This document shows, piece by piece, positions 39,696-50,400 of a stretch of DNA of 57,929 bases. Below the pieces are notes generated by a model. That model was not told the origin of the DNA and made no database searches. It worked only from the letters and a program-made list of their open reading frames with translations. The stretch is from a virus (taxonomy: Duplodnaviria > Caudoviricetes), in the IMG/VR virus record IMGVR_UViG_3300032050_000160, positions 1 to 57,929 of that record; one strand, 5' to 3'. A program made the position numbers and the translations under genes. The first letter of the stretch is position 1, and the number at the start of each line of letters is the position of its first letter.

Positions 39696-40250
39696 TTAAT
39701 TTCCTAATATCCCCTGTGTAAGGACACCATCTCTATATCTGGTAGTAGACTGATGATAATCATAGTCAATAATTATCTTGTTACCAGCATAGGTTCGGGC
39801 TGTTCCAAAGTCTACTATATCCCGTGCCTCTTCTAGTTGATATATCTTAAAATTATGAAAGTAGAATTCGCAAGACATGCCATCAAAATTTTTGCCCTGA
39901 ACCCACTTGTTTAACTCTTCAGCACTTTCATCTCCACGATCTAGAAGTCTAAGTACTGCTTCTTGTATTTTAATCATTTTTAAGGTAGGCTCACTTGCTG
40001 AAGCATAAAAATAATATAAGACTTGTTCACACTTTATATGAGGGAATGGTCCTCTACGCATTCTAAACATTCTGTCATAAACAGCCATAGCGCCACCTTC
40101 TGGGAACTGTGTTTGAAGAGTTTCAAGTGTAGATGGGCCAGTTGGGAAAAATGGAACAAAATCACCTTCCAAAACATCTTGTAGTTTTTCCTGAAGATAT
40201 TTATTTATCCATAATACTGGCGTATTTAATACTGATGTTGATTCTGTCAT
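39696..40250 (-). CDS. Putative tail terminator/completion protein
   Basis: Position just upstream of the tail tube gene. Confidence 0.5.
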   Translation of the reverse strand: MTESTSVLNTPVLWINKYLQEKLQDVLEGDFVPFFPTGPSTLETLQTQFPEGGAMAVYDRMFRMRRGPFPHIKCEQVLYYFYASASEPTLKMIKIQEAVLRLLDRGDESAEELNKWVQGKNFDGMSCEFYFHNFKIYQLEEARDIVDFGTARTYAGNKIIIDYDYHQSTTRYRDGVLTQGILGN

Positions 40251-40921
40251 GCCCTAACTCCTGCACTGACTATCCAGCGATAGCCTGTCTTTATTCCTTC
40301 TGATCTTCCACGATCCTTGCCCTTTTGTAAATTCTTTTTATATACAACTGGATTTTCTAAATAATCTTTTATTCCACTTGCTCTTAAGAAAGATTGTCTA
40401 AAATAAACTCCAAAGAAATTTGCGACTATATTTTTAAATTGACCTTGAGTTTGTCCGCCAGGATTATCTACTGTTACAGGATTTGATGTATAGATTTCTT
40501 CTCCACCTATCTCAAACCTTAATACCTGTGCTTTAACTGGTTTAATTGTTACCGCAACACCATTTTCCATTATCTCTGCTTTGTTATAAAATGGCACCTT
40601 TGATCCAGTTTTTATTGACTGAGATTGTTTTAATGAAGAATTAAAAGTTAGTCCAAGATTACTAACAACAAATGTTATATCAAAAAGTCTAGCCTTTGGA
40701 CTTCCAACTCTGTCCCATTCATATATGTGATGAAGAAGTTCTGGAGATACTTTAGAATTAGAGTCAATAAATTGAGATGCTAACTCTGCTATTTGTGGTC
40801 CAAGCGCTGTATAAAAAGCCTTTTTTCCTCTGTTAATTCCTTCTAAAAAGCCAAACGAATATTCCATAATATTGCTCATATCTTTATTAAACTTTTTAGA
40901 ATCAACTCGCATTTTTATCAT
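40247..40921 (-). CDS. Putative neck/tail-completion protein
   Basis: Synteny in the head-tail joining block. Confidence 0.45.
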   Translation of the reverse strand: MIKMRVDSKKFNKDMSNIMEYSFGFLEGINRGKKAFYTALGPQIAELASQFIDSNSKVSPELLHHIYEWDRVGSPKARLFDITFVVSNLGLTFNSSLKQSQSIKTGSKVPFYNKAEIMENGVAVTIKPVKAQVLRFEIGGEEIYTSNPVTVDNPGGQTQGQFKNIVANFFGVYFRQSFLRASGIKDYLENPVVYKKNLQKGKDRGRSEGIKTGYRWIVSAGVRA

Positions 40922-41367
40922 ACATCTACCGCCTGATTTTCAGACCTACGTATAATAAGTTTATAGTATTCAACATTTCCAAAAGGTCCAGTAAATGGAT
41001 CCTGAGTTGCTATCTCAAATATTGTTGACTTGCCAGCACGTGGTCCAGAAGTTTCTACATATATCTCATTACAATTTTGATCCTTAATATTTGTTATAAT
41101 AACATTAGTAATTGAGTTTCTTGCTTCCATGCTTGATATACGAATATCTGTTTTTGCACGACCAAGTAATATTTTATCTTGAGTTATGTTAATATTAGGA
41201 ATAACTTCTTCTTTAAATGCCGTTCCTGCTGGTGCAAATGAGCATGCAATAGTTCTATCTAATATCCAAGTCTTTTTAACTTCACCATATACACCCTGCT
41301 CAACTATTGGATGATATATATCTGCTTGCATTGGGAATGCGAAGTCTGGAGTTTCGCATATTACCAT
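40918..41367 (-). CDS. Putative head-closure protein
   Basis: Beta-rich 149 aa after the adaptor gene. Confidence 0.5.
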   Translation of the reverse strand: MVICETPDFAFPMQADIYHPIVEQGVYGEVKKTWILDRTIACSFAPAGTAFKEEVIPNINITQDKILLGRAKTDIRISSMEARNSITNVIITNIKDQNCNEIYVETSGPRAGKSTIFEIATQDPFTGPFGNVEYYKLIIRRSENQAVDV

Positions 41368-42245
41368 TATAGAACCCCAACGAACTCAATCGGTTTACGA
41401 TACTTATCAAGTATTTTATCTACTAGTAAATTACCTGTGCCTTCAAACACAGCCTTATCAAACTGAATTCTAAATTGATCGGTGTTGTATGCACCAATAT
41501 ATCTCTTATAATAATCTAACTTTCCACAATCAATATCATGTATTAGTAATTCTGTTGCTCTTACAATATCTGATGGAACTTTATTATATCCAACCTCTAA
41601 AACAATTTTATAATCCCAACCTTTTGGAAATCCTCTTGCTGAATAATCTAATTCTGTTATATCAGTAGGAGATGCAGGCAATAAAATACGTGCTGATTCA
41701 TCTCTATTAATTGCATCGCTATATGACATTGTTATTGCAGATCCATCTGATGTAATTTCAAATGTTGATATAGAATTTTCTAAATCATCTGCATCATATA
41801 ACAAAACATTGTTTTCATAAACTTTTAAAATATTTTTTGCGTCTACCCAAATAGGTAGATAGTCTAATCCTTGACCTGTAGTCTCTAAAACTCTTTTTTT
41901 ATAATAAAATTCTACATCACAAACCGAGTCAATTATTGCTCTGGCTAGTTCTTCATTTTTTCTATATGACTCTACCTCGCTGGCAGTTGTACCTTGAGTA
42001 TTAGGATTTATATATGGACGTACTACATCTACGTATGTGTCTTCTCCATCTACCGTAATTTTATATTGAGTATCATATTTTGAAGAAAGTGGAATAGTTA
42101 CTTTTTTTGAAGCACTTGAAGTAACTTCACCAGTTATTTCTGAAGAGTCCGCCATATCTACAATTTTATATTCATACTCTGTAGTTGCTAATGCAACATC
42201 AAGTGTAACGGTTAAGTTATATGGCGGAACTCTTAGAATTTCCAT
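41367..42245 (-). CDS. Head-to-tail adaptor
   Basis: ARAIIDSVC, GYNKVPSDIVRATELL and GTGNLLVDKILDKY motifs. Confidence 0.7.
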   Translation of the reverse strand: MEILRVPPYNLTVTLDVALATTEYEYKIVDMADSSEITGEVTSSASKKVTIPLSSKYDTQYKITVDGEDTYVDVVRPYINPNTQGTTASEVESYRKNEELARAIIDSVCDVEFYYKKRVLETTGQGLDYLPIWVDAKNILKVYENNVLLYDADDLENSISTFEITSDGSAITMSYSDAINRDESARILLPASPTDITELDYSARGFPKGWDYKIVLEVGYNKVPSDIVRATELLIHDIDCGKLDYYKRYIGAYNTDQFRIQFDKAVFEGTGNLLVDKILDKYRKPIEFVGVL

Positions 42246-42731
42246 TTAGCGACCAAACTCCTTGGCTACTTCTTCTGGTGTAGCAAGTCTGACATGACTA
42301 CGAGTTAGCCATTTATCAGCCTGCTCAGGTGTAACAATATTATATCCACGATACACCTTGCCCACTCCAGACCAACTTACATTCTTAGTAGAATGAATTG
42401 CAACAGTTTTGTTTGACTTTTTAGGGGCAACATTTACTGCTTCTCTTGCTGGACGTGGTGTTTGTGTGACTCCAATCACACCATTTACGATAGAACCTAC
42501 AGCCTGCACTGTATCACTTGCAGATCTGCTTAAGTCGTTTGTAGTAATAGCATCAGAAGATTCTGATACTTCAGAAACTGATGCCTGAATATTATTTTCA
42601 GCAGCAACTTCTTCTACCTTTGTTTCAACTACTGGTTCTTCAGCAACTGGTGCTTCAATAGGAGCCTCTTCAGCAACAATATTTTCTACTGGTGCCTCAT
42701 TGTTTTCATTATTAAAATTATTTTCTTCCAT
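42246..42731 (-). CDS. Hypothetical protein (acidic N-terminus)
   Basis: Own TGTTATAAT promoter and GGAGG RBS after the capsid terminator; C-terminal VRLATPEEV. Confidence 0.6.
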   Translation of the reverse strand: MEENNFNNENNEAPVENIVAEEAPIEAPVAEEPVVETKVEEVAAENNIQASVSEVSESSDAITTNDLSRSASDTVQAVGSIVNGVIGVTQTPRPAREAVNVAPKKSNKTVAIHSTKNVSWSGVGKVYRGYNIVTPEQADKWLTRSHVRLATPEEVAKEFGR

Positions 42732-42767
42732 TATTTTACCTCCTATATGACTATTATAACAGAATAC

Positions 42768-42810
42768 TAAAGAATAAGAGGGGGAGGAGATCTAACCCCT
42801 ACCCCCTCTC
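42768..42810 (-). terminator. Probable terminator after the major capsid gene
   Basis: GAGGGGG-T-AGGGG / TCTCCT-CCCCCTC imperfect hairpin followed by TTATTCTTT. Confidence 0.65.
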
Positions 42811-42829
42811 AAAGGTTACTGCTTACAGA

Positions 42830-43957
42830 TTATGCATCTGCTGCAGAGTCTGCCCACGCAATTGCGTCTTCTTCTTCCCATTGAATACCGAAGCGAACGA
42901 ATACAGTATATTCAATTGTATCCTTCTTCGCAACATATTCACGGTTGACGACGATATCACGCTGGAAGCCCCATACACGGTTCTGTGGGAATGTCAAATC
43001 GACATATCCTTCAGGGTAATAAGGAACTTCTTGGACATCAATTCCGAGAACACGAGTTGTACGTGCTCCACCGAATGTCTGGCCTTGACCATCAAGGTAT
43101 GCCTGTGTATTTGCATAGGTATTACCATTCTTACCAAGTGCCTCAGCGATTGCATCAGACAATGTACCGTTGTTCTTAACGATACCTGCGAATGCATCTG
43201 TACCTGCGTAGAACTTAAGATTGTTCTTAAGTGCACGGTACTTACGTGGCATAGCAAGAATAATTTCCTGCATCTTCTCTGGAGTCCATGCATTATCAGC
43301 AACTGTAATTAGTGCCTCATGTGAATCTCCATTGTCCTTGTGCTTCTTGATGAAGCCAGGCATAATTGAAAGGAATGGCGCTGTTGCACCATCACCGTTG
43401 ATAGCAAGATCTTCAATGTCATTAGCAAATGCGTTGGTCATCAATCTTACTAGATGATCTTCCAAAGCACCCCCCTCGACATTGTCTTCTAGTGCTTCAG
43501 CAGAAACTTCCCAATCCAAACGGATTTTCTTTGTGGTAAGTTCTACTTTTGAGAAGGTCGCACCAGTGTTCTTATAATCGCCTACTGCTTGAGCAGCAGC
43601 ACGGATTACACGCTCACCTACGTTGATCTTCTCCAATTCCATGGTGTTTGCTCTCATGGTCACACGACGACCATCTTGGGCGAGAACGGTAGCATCCCAA
43701 ACATAATCGATAAAACGACGTGCTTGTTCAGGACGTAGGATTCCGCTTGCAGCATCACCCGAAGGGTTTACGGCATTAGGACCAGTGGTAACACCAAAGT
43801 TAGCGTTAGGAATGTTTCCAAGTGTATCTGCACCTGGATCTGTTACACCTCCAACACCACCTGAAGCGAATGCACCTTGACCTTGATAAAGACCAGGGGC
43901 TGTTCCGCCTAGTTCGCCAGATTCTCCTGGCTGGTTTTTCTTAATCTCTTCCGACAT
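42830..43957 (-). CDS. Major capsid protein (HK97 fold)
   Basis: GILRPEQARRFIDYV, LDWEVSAEALEDNVEG, NDIEDLAINGD; AGGAGGTG RBS supports the start MSEEIKK at 43957. Confidence 0.9.
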   Translation of the reverse strand: MSEEIKKNQPGESGELGGTAPGLYQGQGAFASGGVGGVTDPGADTLGNIPNANFGVTTGPNAVNPSGDAASGILRPEQARRFIDYVWDATVLAQDGRRVTMRANTMELEKINVGERVIRAAAQAVGDYKNTGATFSKVELTTKKIRLDWEVSAEALEDNVEGGALEDHLVRLMTNAFANDIEDLAINGDGATAPFLSIMPGFIKKHKDNGDSHEALITVADNAWTPEKMQEIILAMPRKYRALKNNLKFYAGTDAFAGIVKNNGTLSDAIAEALGKNGNTYANTQAYLDGQGQTFGGARTTRVLGIDVQEVPYYPEGYVDLTFPQNRVWGFQRDIVVNREYVAKKDTIEYTVFVRFGIQWEEEDAIAWADSAADA

Positions 43958-43982
43958 ATTGTCACCTCCTAAGTGATTTTGC

Positions 43983-44564
43983 TTAATTAAATAAGTCGGC
44001 TGTTTTGAGGAAACGTCCGCCCCATAGGGATTTTTCAACCATTGCTGGTTGTTCCTGCACGATCTCGCCTAGATCGCCAGACTTTCGGAAAGCGGTATCT
44101 GCTTCTACTGCGTCAACTCGCTTACCAAACTTATCTACTTGCTCAATTGTTGCAGCAATGTCTTTGGCGACTGCATCAAGTGAACTCTTTACTGCTGCTG
44201 TATCAACCTTTGAAGACTTAAGCATTTCTACTTCTGCCTGCAAAGACTTTACAGTTTCAACTAAATCGCTAAAGGCTGATGTAATTGTATTCTTGATTTC
44301 AGCAACTGTTTCAACAATTGCTTCATCTGATTTAGATACCTCTGTAGTAACTTCTGCTGCTGGTGCTTCGACTGATTCTTCAGCCTTGGCAACTTCTTCT
44401 GCTGGAGTCTCTTCAGACTTCTCAACAGTTTCTTCAGCCACTGCAGTCTCTTCAGACTTTTCAGTAACTTCTGCGACAGGAGTTTCAACTACTGCATCTG
44501 CCTCTGGAGCGATCTCTTCTGACTTTGTAACTTCGACTTCTTCAGTCTTTGTTTTCTTTGCCAT
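43983..44564 (-). CDS. Nested in-frame scaffolding protein (MAKKTKTEE..., 193 aa)
   Basis: Internal GAAGGAGGATAATCCT-ATG, with TGCTAAGAT extended -10 at 44584-44592. Confidence 0.6.
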   Translation of the reverse strand: MAKKTKTEEVEVTKSEEIAPEADAVVETPVAEVTEKSEETAVAEETVEKSEETPAEEVAKAEESVEAPAAEVTTEVSKSDEAIVETVAEIKNTITSAFSDLVETVKSLQAEVEMLKSSKVDTAAVKSSLDAVAKDIAATIEQVDKFGKRVDAVEADTAFRKSGDLGEIVQEQPAMVEKSLWGGRFLKTADLFN

Positions 44565-45314
44565 AGGATTATCCTCCTTCGTAATCTTAGCATCAATGCC
44601 TTTAGCACTATCTACTAAGAATTTGACTATATCCATTTTTTCGTTGTCTTCTTTTTCAACGAAACCTATATTCTTCATCTGATTTCCTGTTGTAGGACTT
44701 ACTGCAGTTTCTTCTTCTGAAACCATTACCAAACCAGACTCTTCATCATAAAAAACATTTTCTAATGCAACATCTTGACCCTTAACAACTTCAACACCAT
44801 CAACTTTTTCAACATGCATAATATTTGCAAATTGATTTGCTGGAGAATCAACTAATGATAACTCAACAAGATCATAATCTTTAATAATTCTAATTGTGGT
44901 ATCTGACTTTTCATCATAACCGTCATCCCATTTATTCATACGACCACCAATAGAAAATCCTGTTAGTGTACCGTCCAAAACTTTTTCCCATGTATCTTGT
45001 GCACCTTTTGATACATATGCAGAAACAAAAACTCCAGAATAAAACTTTTTAGATTCTGGATCAAAATATCTATCTTCTTTAAAATTAACCATTTTACCTA
45101 CAGCGAGTGGCTGATGCATCTCACGAATGTTGCCACGAAACTTTGAGAATGCTTTCATTGATGCTTCTGCTGTAACTATATCGCCTTGCTTATCAATGTT
45201 ATCAAGAGATGCAAAACCAGAGACGATGCGTCTCTCCTTATCAACCTTCGCAAATGGAAGGGAAAGTCTTACTGAGTCGCCACTGGTATCCCAATGGGCT
45301 TTAGATATAGTCAT
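43983..45314 (-). CDS. Prohead maturation protease (HK97-type) fused to an acidic scaffold
   Basis: VSGFAS..NID..GD, REMH, GFSIGG, ELSLVDSPAN; Glu/Ala-rich coiled-coil C-half; likely start MTISK at 45314. Confidence 0.88.
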   Translation of the reverse strand: MTISKAHWDTSGDSVRLSLPFAKVDKERRIVSGFASLDNIDKQGDIVTAEASMKAFSKFRGNIREMHQPLAVGKMVNFKEDRYFDPESKKFYSGVFVSAYVSKGAQDTWEKVLDGTLTGFSIGGRMNKWDDGYDEKSDTTIRIIKDYDLVELSLVDSPANQFANIMHVEKVDGVEVVKGQDVALENVFYDEESGLVMVSEEETAVSPTTGNQMKNIGFVEKEDNEKMDIVKFLVDSAKGIDAKITKEDNPMAKKTKTEEVEVTKSEEIAPEADAVVETPVAEVTEKSEETAVAEETVEKSEETPAEEVAKAEESVEAPAAEVTTEVSKSDEAIVETVAEIKNTITSAFSDLVETVKSLQAEVEMLKSSKVDTAAVKSSLDAVAKDIAATIEQVDKFGKRVDAVEADTAFRKSGDLGEIVQEQPAMVEKSLWGGRFLKTADLFN

Positions 45315-45348
45315 ACTAGAATATATTATAGAGCCTTTTTTACACAAA

Positions 45349-45380
45349 TGTTAATAAAATGTGAATAACTATGTGGAAAA
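45349..45380. promoter_or_regulatory. Three tandem DnaA-box-like 9-mers
   Basis: TGTTAATAA (45349), TGTGAATAA (45360), TGTGGAAAA (45372); two match TTWTNCACA exactly, one has a single mismatch. Confidence 0.45.
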
Positions 45381-46979
45381 CTATTGAGAAGATCTACCCT
45401 CACCTTTTGGGTTTCTACCACTTATAGTGGCAGCCCCATCAGACTGATTGTTCATTCTTTCTCCATCCCTCGCCCTATCGGCATTATCATTTGCTGCCTG
45501 TTCTGGCTTGGGGTTAAATGGCTCGTCTCCTCCTTCCCTTTGTGGAAGGCCAAGAACAGATCTTGCTTCGTTAGGAAGCATTACCTGAGTCTTTACATAT
45601 CTTTCCAAAATTTGAGACTGTGCAATTTCATCAGTTAGCGTTAATTCTTTAAATTTAAGAACTAAAACATCTGTTTTTTCTTTAATTATCTTATTAATAA
45701 TTTTTTCTATTTCTCTCTGTGCTGGACGAGACACCTGCTCCTTAAATGTACGATCTTGAGCAAGGGCTGCAGCGATTGAGCCAGAGTCTCCTCCACCCAG
45801 TTTAGAAAGTGGAACTTGATGTGCAATTAAAATATCATCACGATTTTGTTTACGATATTCTTTAAATGATCCCTCTTGAACCCCGTCCTCAATAGGCTCC
45901 ATCTTAAATTCAACCTTATTGCTATCTGTATCTCCTGGTAAAGGAATATAAAGAGTTCTATGAGACTGACCCTTAAGACTTGTTTGTAAAAATCTAAACA
46001 TCTTGTCTTCAGCATCCGCAGATAAGCGAGCACCCTTTAGTGTCACAACATAACGAGGGACAGCCTTATTGCTAAAGTAGTCAATGTTATATTGTGACGC
46101 TAACTGGTCTCCATGGAGCGAGTTTATTGCCGACATTATATCTGGTACACCATAAAAAGTATTTAAAGGCGAATACTGTTTAAAGTGTATGATTTCATTT
46201 GGCCTAGGATCCGATGTAACTGGGTTAGGATTCTTAGCACCAAAATTTCTAAAATAAACAACCTTACTTCCAATAATTTGAACATACCCGTCACGCAAAC
46301 GACGAACACGCATAGTTGTTGCTGGAATATGTCCTATATACCCAATCTCTCCACGTGTTGTTCTACCAACTTCTAAATATCCATTTCCAACTGCCTGAAC
46401 ATCTGTATAAACTTTCATCATTGTTGTTGTAAAAGAATCATCATCATTTAATGACTCAAGCCACTCATGCATTTCAATTTTTGCACGTTCAATTCTATTT
46501 CTTGCTCTAGATACTTGCTCTTTATCTTTGTTAGATTCAAGACGAAGCATTGTGCTTGGAGAAACCTCAAAGTCATATCCAAGTCCAACGATGTTTTCTA
46601 CCTTTGCATCAATAGCAGCATGATTAGCAAAAGATGTGTCATAATAATTAGCCAACTCATAAACATTCCATGGCGGAGTGATTACATCAAATAGCCCATA
46701 GCCATTTCTATATACCGTTCCAGGATTAATTTCTTTTGACTTGGCATCTCCCAAACCATGTTGTTCTGCTCTTGCACTATCAAGATATCCTTGTGTTGGA
46801 TTGTTTTCTGCTTTTTCTACAAGACGAGAGGTTCTTCTTTTAAAATTATTATCTAAACCAGAATACGACTTTAATTCTGTCCATGTCTTATTGAATGGAT
46901 CTGATGTCTTAAAAGAATCAGACTGATCTGCTAAATTATCTAAACTTGCTTTAAGGATATACTCTTTCTCTTCAGACAT
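45381..46979 (-). CDS. Portal protein
   Basis: GNGYLEV, EIIHF, YGVPD, YFSNKAVP, AHQVP, PNEAR..LGLP motifs. Confidence 0.92.
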   Translation of the reverse strand: MSEEKEYILKASLDNLADQSDSFKTSDPFNKTWTELKSYSGLDNNFKRRTSRLVEKAENNPTQGYLDSARAEQHGLGDAKSKEINPGTVYRNGYGLFDVITPPWNVYELANYYDTSFANHAAIDAKVENIVGLGYDFEVSPSTMLRLESNKDKEQVSRARNRIERAKIEMHEWLESLNDDDSFTTTMMKVYTDVQAVGNGYLEVGRTTRGEIGYIGHIPATTMRVRRLRDGYVQIIGSKVVYFRNFGAKNPNPVTSDPRPNEIIHFKQYSPLNTFYGVPDIMSAINSLHGDQLASQYNIDYFSNKAVPRYVVTLKGARLSADAEDKMFRFLQTSLKGQSHRTLYIPLPGDTDSNKVEFKMEPIEDGVQEGSFKEYRKQNRDDILIAHQVPLSKLGGGDSGSIAAALAQDRTFKEQVSRPAQREIEKIINKIIKEKTDVLVLKFKELTLTDEIAQSQILERYVKTQVMLPNEARSVLGLPQREGGDEPFNPKPEQAANDNADRARDGERMNNQSDGAATISGRNPKGEGRSSQ

Positions 46980-47383
46980 TACTCTTCATCTCCATATTTT
47001 GCTATAGTATCTTTTGCTGCCTGTACTGCACCAAGATCATTTAGATTGGGAATTAGTCCAGCCTTCATTCTATCTACTTGCTCGCTATACTCTTCATCAG
47101 TTACTCTTCCCATACCCGCAAAGAAATATGGCTCCCCGTCTGGCTCTCCATAATATGCTGCTGCTTGTTTTAATTCTGCAATTCTTGCAAGATCACCCTT
47201 CATTGAAGGAATATTTAAAATATTACCATTACCGTCAGTAAACCATCTGCCATTAGATTTTTTCCAAACATAAATGCCCCAGTCATAATTTTTATCTATT
47301 ACTGTTACTTTGGTCTCACCGATTTGACCTGGCATTCTTGGCTTACCCTTTTTGTCAAAAAGTGGCTGATCTTTACTTTTCAT
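46979..47383 (-). CDS. Hypothetical protein
   Basis: Coupled to the portal gene; TGGTATACT 7 nt upstream of the ATG at 47383. Confidence 0.6.
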   Translation of the reverse strand: MKSKDQPLFDKKGKPRMPGQIGETKVTVIDKNYDWGIYVWKKSNGRWFTDGNGNILNIPSMKGDLARIAELKQAAAYYGEPDGEPYFFAGMGRVTDEEYSEQVDRMKAGLIPNLNDLGAVQAAKDTIAKYGDEE

Positions 47384-47401
47384 AACCACCAGTATACCAT
47401 A

Positions 47402-50400
47402 TTATACTGCGTCAGACACTTGAGATTGCCATTCTACATCTTTAAAAACAGCATATTCGTAATCTCCAAACCTTAAAGGCCTTGAGTCGTCTATTATTAT
47501 TTTATTTGTTCCTGTATAAGCCTTATATAAATCTGCTGGACTAACTCCATAGTAACTTATTGATGACTGAACTAATACTCCCTGCCAAACATAATAATCA
47601 TTCCAATATTCCCAATCAAAAAGTCCATCTATTGCAAACTTTACCCTTGCCCATGGACGCTTGGATACTGCCTGTATCTCTTGCAAACTTGTTGTTTGAT
47701 AATAAGAAAGATCATCAAAAATAATAGGTCCATTAATCATAATTGAACCTGCATAAGATTTAAAGTTTAAAACGCTAGGGAATCCTATTCCTAACATTGC
47801 CCATTCATTTACATTTAAAACTGGTTCCTTTACTACGTTACCATTTATATAAAAAGATATTCCATTATAAAGAGCACCAGTATTACCATCTATTGCATAA
47901 ATTTTTGCCCTCTTTCCGTCTGGATGATTTGCTACCATATAAAACTTAATTATTTTACCCTTAGAATTAATTTGCATTATTTGGGTTGGTGCATATGGGA
48001 AAAAATCTGAATTAAATCTAATTAAAGATTGCATTGCCATAACTTCATAGTCTGCTGTTTTATTTGCATTAACTGGAATTGCCACTCCACGATTTATTAA
48101 TGGATCATGATTACCTCTAATTTCTAACCCAGAGTATCTTGTTAGGTATAAATAAGGAGAAGAACCCTTATATATTGTTATTGGATTTTTTGCTTTATAG
48201 TTATAATAATAGCCAGTATTTACATATGGATAAACATTAGTTCCAAATCTAGTTCCAATATTGTTCACAGTATTATAATTAAATGCCTGTGATGCTAATT
48301 GTAAACTTTTAATTTTAATTGGCTTATGCTTAATTCCATCTACCTCAAATTCAAGATGCATTACAATTGCTAAATCATTAAAGTCTACATTTTTAGGTGG
48401 ATATATTAAAACATTATCTACAACTTCATACTTAGTATTTATCCAATTACTTCCTGGAGTTATTACTCCATTTTTTGGAACATCTTCTATATTTACAAAA
48501 AATCCATTCGATGCATTAGCGCCAGTCTCTAAGTATTCAAATGTTATGTATGTTTTTAATGTTGCTCCTGTTGTGTCATAAGAATATGTTTTGAGTGATC
48601 TTTCTGCTAAATCTTGATAATTTATATATCCAGTATATAAATAATTATCTAAAGATTCATATGTTCTTTGTTGGGGATATGAATATTCTTGATTTAATTC
48701 TGAATAAGTCCATCCATCTATATCTATTACTTCTGTTTCTTTAAATTTTGCAGGAGCAGGATAGTTAACATTAAATTGTATATAGTCTAATCCAAATCTA
48801 GAATCTCCATACTCATCAGTTATATATTGACCAAAATATGACAGTGGAACATAATCCTTCCAAGAACCCTTTACATCTACATCCAAATAAAAACTATCGA
48901 AATAATTTTTTGGAACTACTCCTAAACTTGGCTTATGGTCAGAAAGTACTACATTTAAAAATTCGTCAGCATCAAAATCAAAAGGATTTTGATAGTTTAT
49001 ATAATAGTTCCAAAAATCTTGATCTGCGTCTCCTCCATCATAGTCTACTCCAGGGCCATATAGATTAAATATATTTTCATAGTCTTTTGGAACTCCGATT
49101 AAATTAAAAAGATTTGAAATATCTTTAACATTTTTTTCTGAACAAAGTGCTACCTTATAAATATTACCAGTAAATGTTTTTGTAAATTCTTTTGTTCCTC
49201 CTACATACATCTTTAATGCCGATTGATTGCTAAAAAAAGACAAAACATTATCACCAAAATAATCTCTAAAAATATCTACTTCTATTCCTACTGCAAACAT
49301 TTTATTGTTTTCTACTGCTAATGCCTCATATAGTATTTGTTCTGAAGCCCCACCATATTTAAAAATATACCTTACATCATTGTTAAAACATTCTATAGAA
49401 AAATAGTTAAAATTAGAATCTTCAATTCTAATTAATACTTGATTTCCAGAATAAGAAAGTGGTTTTTTAAACAATCCATAAAATGCATGAACCCTTTCTC
49501 CAGATAAAGAAAAGTCATTAAAGTATAAATATGAATTGGTTGTATCCCATGATGAGTTAGGCCTTAAATCTAAGAATAGAGAAGATTCATTCTGTATAAC
49601 TGCACAGTCAGCCAGCATATTTACTTGCGTCTTAGAAGTATTATTAGTTACTATTGATGGAACATTAAAATTTGGAGTAGTTAAATAATTTTCTTGAACA
49701 ACTATATTGTCTAAAGAAGCCTGTGACCATGATCCTAAATCGGGATAGTTATAATTTTTTGTATAATCAGCAAACGAATAATCAAATACTACAGAGTTGC
49801 CACCGTAAGAAGCATTAAGATTTTCTGGATACTGAACTCCCTGCCCGTAAACAAATCTTCTTTTTGCAACAAGTAATGGAACTAAATATGTATATAATGC
49901 TACGCAATCTATTTCTATTGGCTCAATATTTTCATAAGCATAAAACCCTATCCAATCTTGACTTTTTCCCAAATTATTAAATGATTCAGGCAAGGATATA
50001 GAGTGTGCATCAATTACAATTGATATAACCTCTTCACCATTTAAAAGAACTGTTGTTAAATTTGATGAATATTTCCAGTGAATAAGCATTGGCCTTTCCC
50101 AATGTCCAACATAATATGAAGAATATTGATTATTAATTTTTAATACTAAAAATGGTCCATTTAAGTATAGTCCGTCAGTAGACGCTATTGGTCCAACAAT
50201 TCTTTTTGACTGTGTGGATGAATTATTGGTTCTAATCCAAAACTCTAAAGTGAAGTCTTGATGCTTTCCATTATTTGACATCATTCCATTTGATGGAACA
50301 ATAAGGGATGGAGAATTGTTATTGCTATATAACTTAGTTATATTCTGAGATCCAAAAACCATTGGCATTCCAAAATTTTTAGCCATTAAAGAGTTGTTAT

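Noticed and set aside
43958-44038. 27-aa N-terminal extension of the major capsid protein
   Set aside because: Overlaps the protease gene; the strong RBS precedes the ATG at 43957.
42881-44682. Plus-strand ORFs opposite the capsid and scaffold genes (including 225 aa at 44005-44682)
   Set aside because: Antisense open frames expected from codon bias; no recognisable motifs.
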